A stretch of DNA of 64,000 nt. It comes from Podarcis pityusensis. Taxonomy: Eukaryota. Within the stretch, counting starts at the first letter, position 1, and every line of letters starts with the position of its first letter. The notes under the pieces were generated by a model. It saw only the letters and a program-made list of their open reading frames with translations, was not told where the DNA came from and searched no databases. Location: NCBI GenBank assembly GCA_964106645.2, contig OZ067039.1, one strand, 5' to 3'. The position numbers and the translations under genes were made by a program. Below are positions 1-46,686 of the stretch, piece after piece.

Positions 1-1063
1 GAAACAAGCCAAGTCCTTCTTGCTCCTAATTTCATTTCTTGAAGCTAGTTGTCCAGGCCCAGGCCATACCTCTGTGGCTGTCTTTAGCTGCAGCAGCATC
101 TGTGGCTAGCAGGCAGGACTTCCAGCCACTCCTTGTTTCTCCCAGCAGTTACTCGCTCAGAGTACTGTATTATTATTCTGGGACTAGTGCAGGTGGGAAT
201 GGAGGAAGACAAATGCTTGCAGTCTGTGGTACAGTTTGCTGTGACACTGATCTCCTTGACATGCTGCAGACCAGGTGTAACTGGGAGCGAAGACAAAGGC
301 TCTGTCCTCACATCATAGTAAGCTTACTGGGATAGTATGAATGAGCTTGCTAAAAGAGGAGCAGAGCAACTGTGATCTTCCTGGCAGCCAACATATTTGT
401 GCATTTGCACAAAGTCATGGTTTGGCTTTCGTGCAAACATGGCCAAATTGATTCTAACTTAGTTAGAATCAGCTTTCCTCTTTTCTCTCTCTAGAAGAAG
501 TGATAGTGGTTCTCTGTATACTCCTATGGGCGGCAGTTTTCCTCTTCTCTTTCCCTTTGTCTCATAGTTTTTGCAGGTATTGTTGTTGGCCTACCATTTT
601 CCAGTCAAATATAAGGTATAAGAGCAGTGGTGGAGCTGATCCAGCTCTTTGCACAGCTGCATTGCATTTCCCCTCTTTCCCTTGCATGCCCTATTTTGCT
701 GGTGAGTGTGGCTTCGTCAAAAATATTTTGTTGGCCAAATGTGGTGGCCTGGCTGACCTAACTAATCAGTGCAGGGGAGAGATCTTGGAGGAGTTAGTAT
801 TCCATAATTAGGGACACTTGATAGGGTGTATATGCTCAGCACTTCATTGGATGCCATTTTTTCATATTTATATTCTTAAAAAATAACAGGAAACAGGCAC
901 ATGCCTTTGCAAACTGGAAATGTGCCCAAATAATTCTGTGCTCAATGTATTGTTTAGAAGATACAGTTTAGAAGATTTATAATAATGGCCCCAAAGCATG
1001 AGTGCAAAACAGTAATTGTCAGTTTCAATAGCACCTAGTTTAGAAGGTTAGTGATTGAATATT

Positions 1064-1087
1064 TGATTGATTGATTGATTGATTGAT
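1064..1087. repeat. (GATT)n microsatellite
   Basis: Seen directly. Confidence 0.9.
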
Positions 1088-3483
1088 ACACATCTGCTCA
1101 CTTGTGGAAGTGCTCTGTTGTTTAGCCACTGACATATATTTTGCCTTGAAGAACAATAGACATGAGGGGGCCATTATTTTTATTTGTTTTGGATTGTTTT
1201 ATTTGTTACTCCCGTAGTGTAATTTCCTTTCGGACTGCCAGCTTAAGTGCACATATTTTGTTATGTAATTGCTTTAAGAAACTTCCTGTATTTTCATGTA
1301 GCTGTTCACATACTGATCTGTGATTCTGCTTCAGCTGTGGACTTGGGATGGAATTTAGAAAGGCAAGCCAGATTTCTCTAGTACTGCTCATTATTATCAA
1401 TAGAGCTCCTGTCTTTTAGCTGATATAGCATCTCTGTGAGAAAATGATAGATTTGAGGATGAACTGGGAAGCTCATCAGATGTAATTAGAAGAATTGTTA
1501 TGATTGTGTTACTTTCAGGTCATTGTCTGAATGACTTGGAAATGTGATGTAGTGGGTTTCTTTCTTTTTTTTAGTTGGCTGTTGATGAACTGTCAACAAA
1601 AAAACTTTTCAGCCAACATGTAATGATCCAAAACTGGCACTGTTTTGGTTTTGATGGGAACAATGAAAACTTATTTTAAGAAACTTAAGAAAGAAACTAA
1701 TGTCTGCAAGATTATTAACAGTGGCAAAGGCATGGTGAATTCTTCTGTATCATTAGAGTGCTGGAAAAGTCTGGTTTGGAATTCAGCCTTGTTAGAGAAA
1801 CTAACACTACAGGTACCAAAGACATACATGTAGAACAGTTTGAAGTCAATTCGAATGACGTTGTTGCTTTTCTAAATAAAGGAAACAGTGATTGGACACT
1901 TCCAGAAATGTATTGTTTGATGTGATATTTTGAATTCACAGGTGTGGTACTTACAAGATTCTTTCTGTAAAAGAGGAATTGAAAAGAAAATACTATCATG
2001 TTGGTTTGTGTATGTTGTTTGTTTTATTGTATAAAGTATTTAATGTTAACAGGTGATTGCCACTTCTGCTCAGGATGAATATTATTATTGGTAATTATAT
2101 ATGATATACAGCTTCCAGAAATGCTGTATATGTGTTGATTATGAAGAATACTTGCATAGTATCAGGATGCTTGCATATCTAAATCAGGCATGAGCTCTGA
2201 ACCAAATATCCCAAACCTTTGGAGAATTATTGTATCCAGTCTTCACTAAATTTGTACTTGTTTGACAAACAATTGGAACCTACTTATTTGTATCAGGTTG
2301 GAAATGATTGGCTTTATACGTCTTGTACTGTAAAGGAGTGGACTAAAATCTAGGCTTTGGGAGATTCAGAATAGCAGTGTGCTGCTCCAGCTCTGGGCCT
2401 TACATGATTTGCTGATGGTGTTTTGCATTGTACTGAGTTTATGTTCAGCAAGATAATGGGAAATTTACAAATACAATTATTTGCAGTAATTGTGGTCACC
2501 TAGTGGAAGAACTGTATGCATTGCTATCGGAATAGTAGTAGTAGTAAAAGCGAAATAAAGTCAGTATTGCTAACCAGAAAGATCTCACTTTGCCACCAAG
2601 TGTCCTATCCCTCCTTTCTGTAGCAGTAATCCAAATGATCTGTCCTCTTTCCTCAACTCTTTCTTCCATGGAGGAAGTAATGCCACATCTACCTCCTAAA
2701 CAACATATAACTGACTCAGCCACCCAGTTCCTTAGCAGGCTATTATGCCTAGTAACGAAAAATGAGCTGTGCTATCCCACATTGAAGTAAATTTGAATCT
2801 AGATTTAGGCCTAGTCTGTGTTAGATGCTTTTTATACTTGAATTACTATCCTAGCAGACTCAGAATTGACTTTTCATAAAGAACAGTCACAGCATCTGAG
2901 TTGGAAATGATTAAGAATCCATATTCTTTTAATTAAATTCATTGGAAACATGTTGGTTTAAATTAAGGAGGAGTGGAGGAAGAGTAAAATGTTCTTTTGT
3001 TGAAAGGGGGGGAAACCATTTAAGTTAAAGCATGATTTTTTTAAAAGTCCAGTGCTTTGGAAAACTTTCCATTGCTGGGGTTGTTTGGCTATATAAATTA
3101 CAGGCTGAGGAGTAGGTGTAATACGTGCAGGAGATTCTAACATCTGTCTATTCCCATTGTGTGTGTTTAGTTAAAATTGTACAGGAAAATGTGCAAGGCA
3201 GAACAGAAATATATAGTACAGCTTTGAATGAAAAGCATCTGGACTGAAATCAGCAATATGTTTTCAGGAAACCCAGTTACTGTCCATTTCAAGTTTCTCA
3301 AATTCAGGGAGAGGTGCTTATGAGATCATAATTGGAAAAACAGATGTATTCAGAGGACCTTTCCTGATAGTGATTTTTTTTGCTAAGTGAGCATTGATCA
3401 TTTTGGCAACCATTTCTGGTTGTATTTCTTTTTCCAATAGAGATTTTGTGAAGAATTCATTTAAAAAACAACAACAAATCCTC

Positions 3484-3569
3484 CTGAAGAAGTGTGCATG
3501 CACACAGAAGCTTATATCCAGAACAAACTTGGTTGGTCTCTAAGGTGCTACTGGACAATTTTTTTATTT
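3484..3569 (+). mobile_element. Penelope-like element terminal fragment with degenerate minimal hammerhead motif
   Basis: CTGAAGA-A-GTGTGCATGCACAC-agaa-GCTTA...TTGGTCTCTAAGGTGCTAC; flanked by 10-bp direct repeat AAATCCTCCT (3476-3485, 3570-3579). Confidence 0.6.
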
Positions 3570-5239
3570 AAATCCTCCTTAGTTACTGGATTTTAAACTC
3601 TCTTTTAAAATCACACGCAGTACCCTGATTAAAGTACAAAAGGAAAACAAAAAAAGTCAACCTAAATATAAGTCTGCAGAACATTCAAAAAGCTTCAAAA
3701 TCAAGACATTAAAAAATATTCAAGCAACAGTTGTCCCAAACGCCCCTTACTAACAGTCACATTTAAGTCTTGAAGGTTAAAGTGTGCATACGTGTAATGG
3801 AACTGAACAGATAGCTGGAACTTTTTTGACAGTTTGTTGTTACTCCCAGAGAGAGGCAAGTGTCATGCCACTCTGTGTTTGCTGGAGGGTTTATTGGGAA
3901 GATGCAGCACAGTATCATAAGCTATAAAAAATACATTTTTAAGCCCAGTATCTTGTCTCCATTAACCATCAGAGTGTTCTTGTGTCCAGGAATCTGAGCT
4001 CACCAGATAGACCTAAACACTGGACTCCTTCTCATGATGGACAATAACACTTAATTAGATGATATAAACTAAGTATTGATACACTAATGGGGAGGCCTTT
4101 TATATTCTGCCTGTCATGCTGTTAGCTGGCTATCTCCATAATGAGCTTTATTCTTGGAGAAAGGACTCTGATATTATAGCCTTGGTGGTCTCTCTTTCTT
4201 GCAAGGGTATGTTGCATTGATAATTGTGGACTAAAATATAAGCACTCTGTGTATGTACATAAGGCCAAACACCTATGAAAGTACAAGTGTTGCTAAAAAT
4301 AAGAGATCTGTGTGCCATAGACAAGGTATGATGGGACAGATCCCCATCTAATATATAAATTGGACCAACTGGAGTATCTGTTAGTCATAGCTAGCCCTAT
4401 ATACAGTATAAAAATTTGCTTTTAACATCAGCTTCATACTGTTCTATATAAAACTATGGCTAGAGAAACATTGATGAATACTAATATTTTAATATTTAGA
4501 GACAACGTTGAATACTTAAAAGCCTGGGTGATCAGCACCTGGGATATTTTCTCCTCTTCCATGTTTCAGAAGTAGATGCTCTTTAAGATAACTTTATATT
4601 TGGGGAATTATACAGCATTTTTCTTGGTGGTGCCCTTCAATATTCTGATTATTCAAAAACAAATAAATATATGGTTTGCTTGAAAGTAAACATATGTAAA
4701 ATTGGAAAGCACAGCAACATTGAGCCTATATCATGTTGGTGTTTTAGCAAATATTCATTCACCTCATTAATTGTCTAGGTAGTAAGGTAAATGACATGTA
4801 TCTTAGATGATAGGTTATACTGCCAACATTCAGAAAAACTCTGGTGAATATGATCTGTTTGGTGTATAGGATGTTCCTAATACCCCAGTGAGATCTAGAA
4901 TTTGAAAGCTTTGTGGTTCTGAACGTCTTGCAGCTTTTCCTGTGTACTTCAGGTAGAGAATTTAAAATATGTTCTTCTCCATGTAGAACCTGTGCTGAAA
5001 TTTTTACAGTTTCTTTATGTGTTAGGTTTTATGCATTAGTACTATCATTTAAGTTGGCAAACACACCCCTTTGTGATATTTGTCTGGCTGCTTGTTTTGT
5101 GTCAGCCAATTTCTAGTGTTCTCATAGTGTATCACAGTCTTCCCCAATCTGGTGCCCTCCAGATGATTTGGACTACAACTCCCAGCAGCCCCAGCCAACC
5201 TACTTCTTACCCCATCACTGGTATGCACCATTTCGGTAC

Positions 5240-5324
5240 AAATGTATTATTGTATTTTAGTGTTTTGTTGGAAGCCGCCCAGAGTGGCTGGGGAAACCCA
5301 ACCAGATGGGCGGGGTATAAATAA

Positions 5325-5354
<30 letters not shown>
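5240..5354 (+). mobile_element. LINE 3' tail ending in (TTA)n
   Basis: GCCGCCCAGAGTGGCTGGGG...GGGCGGGGTATAAAT stem-loop followed by an ATT repeat. Confidence 0.6.
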
Positions 5355-5355
<1 letters not shown>

Positions 5356-6570
5356 GTCCTCAAGTAAGCAGGTGGCTTTGAGGAAATCACACAGCAACCA
5401 CTGTATAGAACTCACCACATACAACAGCTGCCATACTGATGAAATTTGAAGCTGCCTGTATATGGCAGGCATCTTGTATGAAATGATCCTTCAAAACTAC
5501 AAATACATCAGTTCAATCAACCAAAACATCTGGGAAGTACTGCATGTTGTACAGTCTCACTGTGTGTCTCAGTTCATCTCAAATTGCAGCTGTGATTGTG
5601 GGAATTCCTTGAGACTTTGACAAGCACACCATATACATGGTTACAGTGGGGAAAATATATTGTGTGAATTTGTCTTCAGAAGTCTTTCTGTATGAGTGTG
5701 AATTAAAAGAGAGAACAGTTGCTATGGATGAATGAAGAAAAGAACTTGTCAGAAACAAAAACAAATGTCCGATATGCTTTCCAGAAAGCAAGAAAATGGC
5801 ATTGCTTCATACGTGTCCAACTGGAGCCTGGCTAAGGCAATGTGTGGTTCCATCCGTGACTTTCCCACCTCTCAAATGGGAAATTGCTATGATCCTTTTA
5901 TACTGACAAGTTTGGAGGAGGAAGTTCTGAGCAGAAATCTCACCTCCCTCTTAACATTCTTAGTATTGTGTGTAACTAGGGGGGAGTGAAACAGGTGCTT
6001 TGGTTTTACAAACTTGCCTTTATTCTTCATTCTTGTCAGCAACTCAGTTATTGCAGTGGGGAAGCTGGATACTGTTCACTGTATTGACCAGATGATAATT
6101 GCATTGGGGGTGGGAAGAGAAATATCTTGCAATGAACTTTCTCCTCTTTTCTAGGCTCAATTTACAAAATCCTCAGATGCCCTGTCCCATTCAGGATAGC
6201 TCTCTGGCTCTAACTAGCAGATTCAGGATGTGGTGCTTTCTGTTCTTCCAGAAAGAAGAGGGTAATTTGGCAAAAGCTGTAATAAGCTATTTTCTCCTTC
6301 TGGCTTTCACAGCTTTTCCTTGTGGCACTCTCAACAGCCAGTGATGTGGGGTGTAAAATTTTCAGTGCTTTATATTTTTGTGAAAAAAATCCAGTTTCAT
6401 AGCCTCATCAGCAACAATGAATGACTTCCAATAGCAAGTATTAGGAGAGCTTGGCCATTTCAAAGTTTATGGCTTACTTGAACATGAACTAGAAGTTGTT
6501 CAAAGTTCTGCCCTAAAATGAACTTAATTCTCCTTTAGATTACCTAGCAATTATGGAAACTACTTCCAGG

Positions 6571-6660
6571 CAGGGCTCTTTTTTTTCACCGGAACTCAGT
6601 TCCAGCACCTCTCAGGAGGCATTAATGGTGAGCACCTCTTTTTCTAGAAAAATAGCACAG
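6571..6660. mobile_element. Short hAT-like MITE
   Basis: Ends CAGGGCTCTTTTT / AAAAATAGCACAG, 8-bp TSD-like CTTCCAGG / CTTTCAGA; inverted relative at 18051. Confidence 0.65.
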
Positions 6661-7413
6661 CTTTCAGAGATGTTTGAACGGGTTCCTTGAAATTCATTGA
6701 ACTGAACTAGTTCATTCCAACCCCTGCTTATCATTGCAGGTGTATTGCCCCCACAAACTAGGCTTTGAACTGTGCTTTTCAAGGCAAACAACACTGTTAC
6801 AAGCAAAATGTCACCTTTAAAAGCCTTCTTTTGTTTGAAAAGCTGCTTCAGGAAGGGACAGTTTAAGAGTTAGCAGGGAATAAAGTACTCCCTGCACCTA
6901 TCTTAATGTTTCCAAAGAACAACAAAACAGTTGCCTGAGTATCATTACTGATCAAGAGCTTCATTAACTACAAAACCCAACATTTGGGATCCCCTCCAAA
7001 TCTTTCATAGGATTTTGTAGTCATTTTGTAGCTCTGCCCAAGCCAGTACTGTGTTAGCACCCCAGAGTCTTTGGGCTATATTAAGACAAGGTGTTTTAGA
7101 TCCATTATGAAATTTGGACAACAGTGCATTGTAGGAAGATGGGGGATAACGTCAACCCTTTCCCTGCATAGATTTCCCATTGTAAGTGCTCCCTAGCTGC
7201 CCCATAATAGGTGCTTGGGTGAAGGCATTTACGCCAGAAAACAGTGCAGTATGGAAGGGTTCTACCTTCCCATCCCCACAGTACTAAGGTCTTGATTAAT
7301 TCAGAGGGAGGAAGAGAGAGTTGTTGCTTTAAAAAAATGAAAAGTTTGGGAGAACCAATCATGGATCTCAAACATATATAATTTGGCCCACTGCTGCAGA
7401 AATTGGGTGAGGC

Positions 7414-7458
7414 ATATATCATATCATATCATATCATATATCATATCATATCGTATCA
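7414..7458. repeat. (ATATC)n microsatellite
   Basis: Seen directly, slightly interrupted. Confidence 0.9.
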
Positions 7459-7866
7459 TGCACATCAGGAAGTCATCAATGGTGTAAAGCTGATGCAGAG
7501 TATGCATACTGTTTCCAGTGTGATTTTTGGCAGAAGCAGCAGGACTTAAGCACTTTTCTTTAAAAAAGAAAGAAGAAAAGAAAGAGTCTTTACAAGGGTA
7601 AAAAAGAGATATGAAACAGGCCCAGAAAGGAATGCTGGCAGCACATCCCATACAGGATGAATGTAGGGAAAACCATCAAGTGGAACAACTTCTAGCCTAG
7701 ACTTGGCATGGAAGTTGATGTCTTGTGCAGTGAATCTGAGAAGTAAAAGCTTTTTCAAAAATGTCATTAAAAATGAATGTTTAAAAGAATAGAAAATGTA
7801 ACTTGGCAACAAAGAAAGCAGAACCTCCCCTCACTTCCCAGAACATACATGCAGCCTGCATGGTGT

Positions 7867-8080
7867 AGTGTGATGTAATGGTTAGTGTAAGACTAGGACC
7901 TGGAAGACAAAGGGTTCAAATCCTCACTCAGCCATGAAACGCATTGGATGACCTTGGACGAGTCTTGGCCTAATCTACTTCACAGGGTTGTGAAGTAAAT
8001 TAAATGAAGCAGGAGAACCCTGTACACTGCCATAAGCTCCTTGGAGCAACGGCAGGATATAAATATACAAAATAAATAAA
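7867..8080 (+). mobile_element. Older tRNA-derived SINE (Squam3/CORE-like)
   Basis: A/B-box-like head (GGGTTCAAATCC), TGACCTTGG core, AAAT-rich tail. Confidence 0.65.
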
Positions 8081-8816
8081 TTAATGTATTGTTTCTAAAA
8101 TGCCATGAAATCACTTTCTTCAAAGAAGCTTTTAGTTGTGTTGCTACAGGGGAAAAATTGAACTTCATTGAGAATACTGGGTGTTGCAATATAGTTAAAT
8201 AGTGCAGAAAGTAATAGTATGAAGACATGTCAAACTTTTGTCAGCTGACAAATATGTGGCAGCATTCATCTTGTAGTTGCAGAGGCAAATCAATAAATGT
8301 TTCAGAGGCCTAAAAGGGATGGGTGGTGTGTGGTGTTTTTTTTTTTTAAAGGGATCTGTATTTAAACCACACTACCCATTATCCAGTAATACACACTGGG
8401 TAGAATTCAGTGTTGTACTATTACAAACATTTCACTTGACAAATGGAGCAATTCTGCCCCTCCCTTTCTGGATATTCTCCCAACACCAGCAGCACTACCA
8501 AGGGTAGGGGGCGCAGGGAAGCAAGGGGAAACTCCCATTGTGTAAGTGCTTGCATGGGGCTTCTGCTGATGGGGTTTGTTAAGTGAATCCTGATCATGAA
8601 GTTTTATCTAAAAGATACACAAGTGAAAGTTGCTTCTGCTCATCCCCCCCCCCATCCCACTGCAGTTCCCCATACTACACATTAGCTCTTTCCTAAGGGT
8701 CCTCTAACCTCAGGAGAGGTTTTTCAGGGAGCTGTAGTGGGCTGGAAAATCCTGTTATACAAGCAGACTTATATCTGCCTAACTTTGGATGCAACTTATG
8801 AAATTTGTTGTGTTGT

Positions 8817-8952
8817 GTAAAGGTAAAGGGACCCCTGACCATTAGGTCCAGTCGTGGCCGACTCTGGGGTTGCGGCGCTCATCTCGCTTTATTGGCCGAG
8901 GGAGCCGGCGTACAGCTTCCGGGTCATGTGGCCAGCATGACTAAGCTGCTTC
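8817..8952 (-). mobile_element. Sauria SINE, 3' fragment
   Basis: (ACCTTT)n tail; near-identical to the copies at 56021 and 63085 in reverse complement. Confidence 0.88.
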
Positions 8953-9167
8953 AATATTTGAAGGACCATCCCTTGTTTTTGTATTATGTATGTTGTTCAC
9001 CACCCTGAAATCTATTGGATGAAGGACAGTATACAAATAATTTAAACAAATAAATAAAATAAAAAGAGTGCTTGGTTTCATTTGACCAGGCTGACTGTCA
9101 TCTACCTGCACCAGTACTGATTTACTAGATCTGTGCTGCTGCTCCCCAGAGACAGTTTACCTCTTTG

Positions 9168-9483
9168 GTAAAGGTAAAGGACCCCTGACAGTTAAATCCA
9201 GTCGCGAACGACTCGGGGGTTGCGGCGCTCATTTCATGATGAGGCCAGCATGACTAAGCCGCTTCTGGCGAAACCAGAGCAGCACACGGAAATGCTGTTT
9301 ACCTTCCCACTGGAGCAGTACCTATTTATCTACTTTCACTTTGACGTGCTTTCAAACTGCTAGATTGGCAGGAGCTGGGACTGAACAATGGGAGCTCACC
9401 CCGTCGCGGGGATTTGAACCACTGACCTTCCAATCTTTAAGCCCTAGGCTCAGTGGTTTTGACCACAGCGCCACCCACGTCCC
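9168..9483 (-). mobile_element. Sauria SINE, near full length with internal deletion
   Basis: tRNA-like head GGGACGTGGGTGGCGCTGTGG, ACCTTT tail, 12-bp TSD TTTRCCTCTTTG. Confidence 0.9.
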
Positions 9484-12400
9484 TTTGCCTCTTTGAAGAG
9501 GGTGGAAACCATACTTGCAAATGATTCGAGAAAGGCTCCAGGCCCATTTTCCCACATATCATTGCTGTGTTGAGAGTGCCACTGCTTTTGTAACCTAAAT
9601 GGCACCATTCACAAGTGGACAGTATCAGGCTTAGGGGAATCCAGAGATTGTAGAAGCACAAGTAATTTCTATGACAAACTCTAAGGGGAACTTCAAAAAC
9701 ATCCCCCAAAGGATTGAGCGTGCTCAGTGGCTATGGAGTTTGGGATATGAGGAGAGGAGGGAAATGGAGTGGATACAATAGAAGAATAGAGTCTTTTGCA
9801 GCTCTTGCTATGTATATGGATTTTGCAAGAGAGTTTTTATAGCAATACATAAAATGACTTGCCGGATCTAAAATCACACAAAAAGTGACAGGTGCCTTTC
9901 CCCTTTCCACCATAAGTCCTGCCCCTTTCATTGAAAGTTCCACCTTTTGCTATAAATTTTATATTGCTTAATATAAATTTGATACAAATTATTCAAAAAA
10001 GTGATTATAAAAGTTTGTTTTAGGGTATCATGTGACCTATGTACGTGGCTGTCTCAGTGCCACAAATCTGACAGCGGGTTTTGAGTCCCCGTATAGATAC
10101 TAAATGTTTGGGTTGTGCCTCCCCACCCCTCCCCTGTAGATGTCGTCATTAGCATCCAGCCTAGTGTTTGAAATTCCAGTGTGTATATACTGTAAGCTCT
10201 TCAGGGTAGCCTGCCCTTTGCCCCAGCTACAGAACAGATGTAGATGACCCAACCATCCTTACCCCAAGGCTTTATGAATGCTATGACCAATAGGAACAGG
10301 TCTTTCCATTGACCATAGACCAAACCAATGAGCTTTTTGGAAGACAGGGACATGCCTCTGGGATATGAGAACTAGGAAAGGTATAAATTTGAAGGCTGTT
10401 TTTTCTTACTACATTTGTCTATTGATTTATAAAATCTGATTTCTTCTCAGGGCTAAGATGCAGAAAATGATTATTTGTTACAGAAGTTCCATGTCTTTCT
10501 GTGGAGATCTTGTAGACTAGGAAATCCATATATTTTTATTAAGGGGATTTAATGGAACCACTAGTATATGTGCATTGCAGAAATACTCAATTTTCATTAA
10601 ATAATATGCTGCACAAGAGATAAAATTAACTTTGTGCTATTTCTGAACAGAAACTCTAGCCATAGGTAGTTCTGATTACTCGCTGTCTCTTTCGCTTTAT
10701 ATTTAACAACAATTATTTGCTGTGATCTTGCTGTGTTTGACAAACCCACCACCTGCTCCAGCTCCAAGAGAGGAGGAAGGGAATTCCTTCTACTGTAATT
10801 CCCAGTCTCTAAGCATAAGCTGCTCCACTGAGCATTTTGATGGATGCCCTTGGCTCACTTTTAATCTTCAAACCAGTATTGGCTTTTCCATGGCATGCCA
10901 GGTGAGATGCATGTGAAAGAGGAGATCTGAGAGTGGAACAAGAGTAGAAAGTGGGAAAGGTTAATATAGCAGAAGGATGCAGGTTAATCAATATGCATAA
11001 AGACTCATACAAAAGAAAGCCCATGTTTGGGTCCATTTTATTTTCTAACTTCTCTGCATGAATTCTGAGGGTGCTGTAAACTGTTGAAATGTGAAAGTCC
11101 CTGGAGGTAAAAGTTCTTCATTGCATATTTATCAAAATGAACAATCAGTGAGCAACAAGAGCTGTTACGTTACACAAGTCAGAGTCATTCAGTCATTTGC
11201 TAGCTACTGTGGAATTACTGCATTTCCCGTCAGCCCAACTAGAAAATGTTTTTGTCTCCACTGAAAATAAGCGTTTCTAAGGGTAAGTGTGAGCCATCCC
11301 TACTGGCATAGTCTGTCGGCTGACTTGGTAGGTGGTGGACCCTAAAGTGGCTCTGTGGTCTGAGCACCCACAGTCCTGGACTCATACCAAGGGGTTTGTG
11401 GTTAAAACCCTGGGTGCTTAGTGGGAATTCTAGAATGTGCCTTAGGATAGTTTGCTTCTTCCACAAGCTCTAGTGGCTGACTATACAATATTTCCCCTGC
11501 CCTCCCTTCAGCTTACAGAGCAGATATTTTGTACATATGTTCTGCAAATGGATGAGATTATCTCACCTCAGGTATGAAGCGCAATATCCACAAACCACAT
11601 CAACAATCTTAGACCCCCTAACCACACTGTAAAACTTTTTAGAACAAAGAAAGTTTATATTCCATAGGGCTTGATGATGAGAAACTTTTTGATTTTGCTT
11701 GTTTTGTGCTCCCCCCAGCTTTATGTATGTCAATTACTTTTCACAAGCCCTGAAAGAAATGGATTTCCAAATAAAAACCTTTGAAAAAATATTGATCATT
11801 TTGACAAAAAAAAAAAAAAGAAATATATAAATTCTAAAAAAAACACGGGTGGAGGATTGTTGTTCTAAAATAATGTTAGGTATTGTAACCCTGTTGCACT
11901 TCTCCCTTTCCTGCACACACTATTTTCCGAACAACAGCAAGATTTTAAAAATGGATGGGTTTTGAATTCCTTAGGGAGCGCTTTCCAGTGAAATAGGGTT
12001 GAAATGGGTTAGGTTTTCAAGCTTGGTCTAAAACCATGGGAACAAGAAGATTACTTTGCAGGGGATGGTGGAAGAATCACTACAATATGAAAAATGATGA
12101 TAAGGTAGTAGCTTTCCAAACTGTGTGTCACAACACATTATTGTGTCAGCTGCATTGTGTAGGTGTGTCATGGGAATGCTCCCCATGCTCTTCCCAGGGC
12201 TGGAAGGCTGGCAGTTTATCCTCCGGTTTGCTAGTAAAACTGAATTACTGTGGCTCAAAATGATGCATTGTCTAAAATCTGTGTCACCAAATTGGAAAGT
12301 TTGGAAAGCTGTGTAGGGATTTTAAGGAGACTTACAAAAGAAACACTGTTGTAAATATGAGTACTAGCTTAACTGCCTCTTCCTTTACAAAGTTTTTAGT

Positions 12401-12489
12401 CTACTTTACCACATGCCAACTTAGCTGCTACTCTTCCACTTATGTACATTTTGTTAAAGCATCTGTTTTAGACAAGAAACAAACTAGAG

Positions 12490-12612
12490 TAAGGTTACCG
12501 GATGTCCCCGTTTCCTGGGGACAGTCCCCGGATTTACAAATCAGTCCCCATACAAAATCCATTGAAGTTGAAAAGTGTCCCCAGATTCATTGGAAAAAAT
12601 ATGGTAACCTTA
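12490..12612. mobile_element. hAT MITE
   Basis: TIR TAAGGTTACC / GGTAACCTTA, 8-bp TSD AACTAGAR. Confidence 0.85.
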
Positions 12613-12819
12613 AACTAGAAGTCATTTGTTGCTCAAAGAGATGAAATATCTCTGATATTTTCCACTGGGTATCTATGGATACCAATTCCTAAAATCTTAG
12701 CTGCTTGCTAGTCTCTGGGAAGTTTGATGTGCTTTTCTGACTGCTCCCTTGAATTGTCAGTGCTGGCTTGTAGCTCCTTGCTTCTTCTGCAGTAGCTAAC
12801 GTCCCTGGGAAAGAGCTTA

Positions 12820-13232
12820 TGGGCCTTGCCCAGTCCCTTTGCAAATCTGATAGCCAGTCTTTCCACTGCTACCCTCTAGCGGCTGACATGCCTTACTGCT
12901 ATGACAGCAGCTCGGAGTGGGTGAGGCAAATAAGGCGAGGAGAGAAAAATCAATGCACAGAGAAAGCGAGACTGGGAAGAAGGAGAAGGGAGGAGTCGCC
13001 TCATCAGCCATTCCTGTCTTACAGGGTCCCAGCTGTCATTGGTAAAAGAGGAGGGAGGGAGAGGATTTACTATTGTGTGAAACAAGTGGGAGGGGGCAAG
13101 ATAGAGAGGAAGACGAGGAAAGGAAGGAAGCACCATTTGTTTCACCTGAGCTTGAGCTTCTTTGCAAGCTGGTATTGCTCCTAGGTTGGAGGATAGGAGC
13201 TGGTTCTATCCCTGCCACAACAGCCGAACGTC
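12820..13232 (+). promoter_or_regulatory. Putative promoter/5'UTR of the DPYSL3 short isoform
   Basis: Directly upstream of the first ATG exon; purine-rich, some CpGs, inverted CCAAT (ATTGG ~13038), GGGAGGG boxes; TSS not determinable. Confidence 0.55.
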
Positions 13233-46686
<33,454 letters not shown>

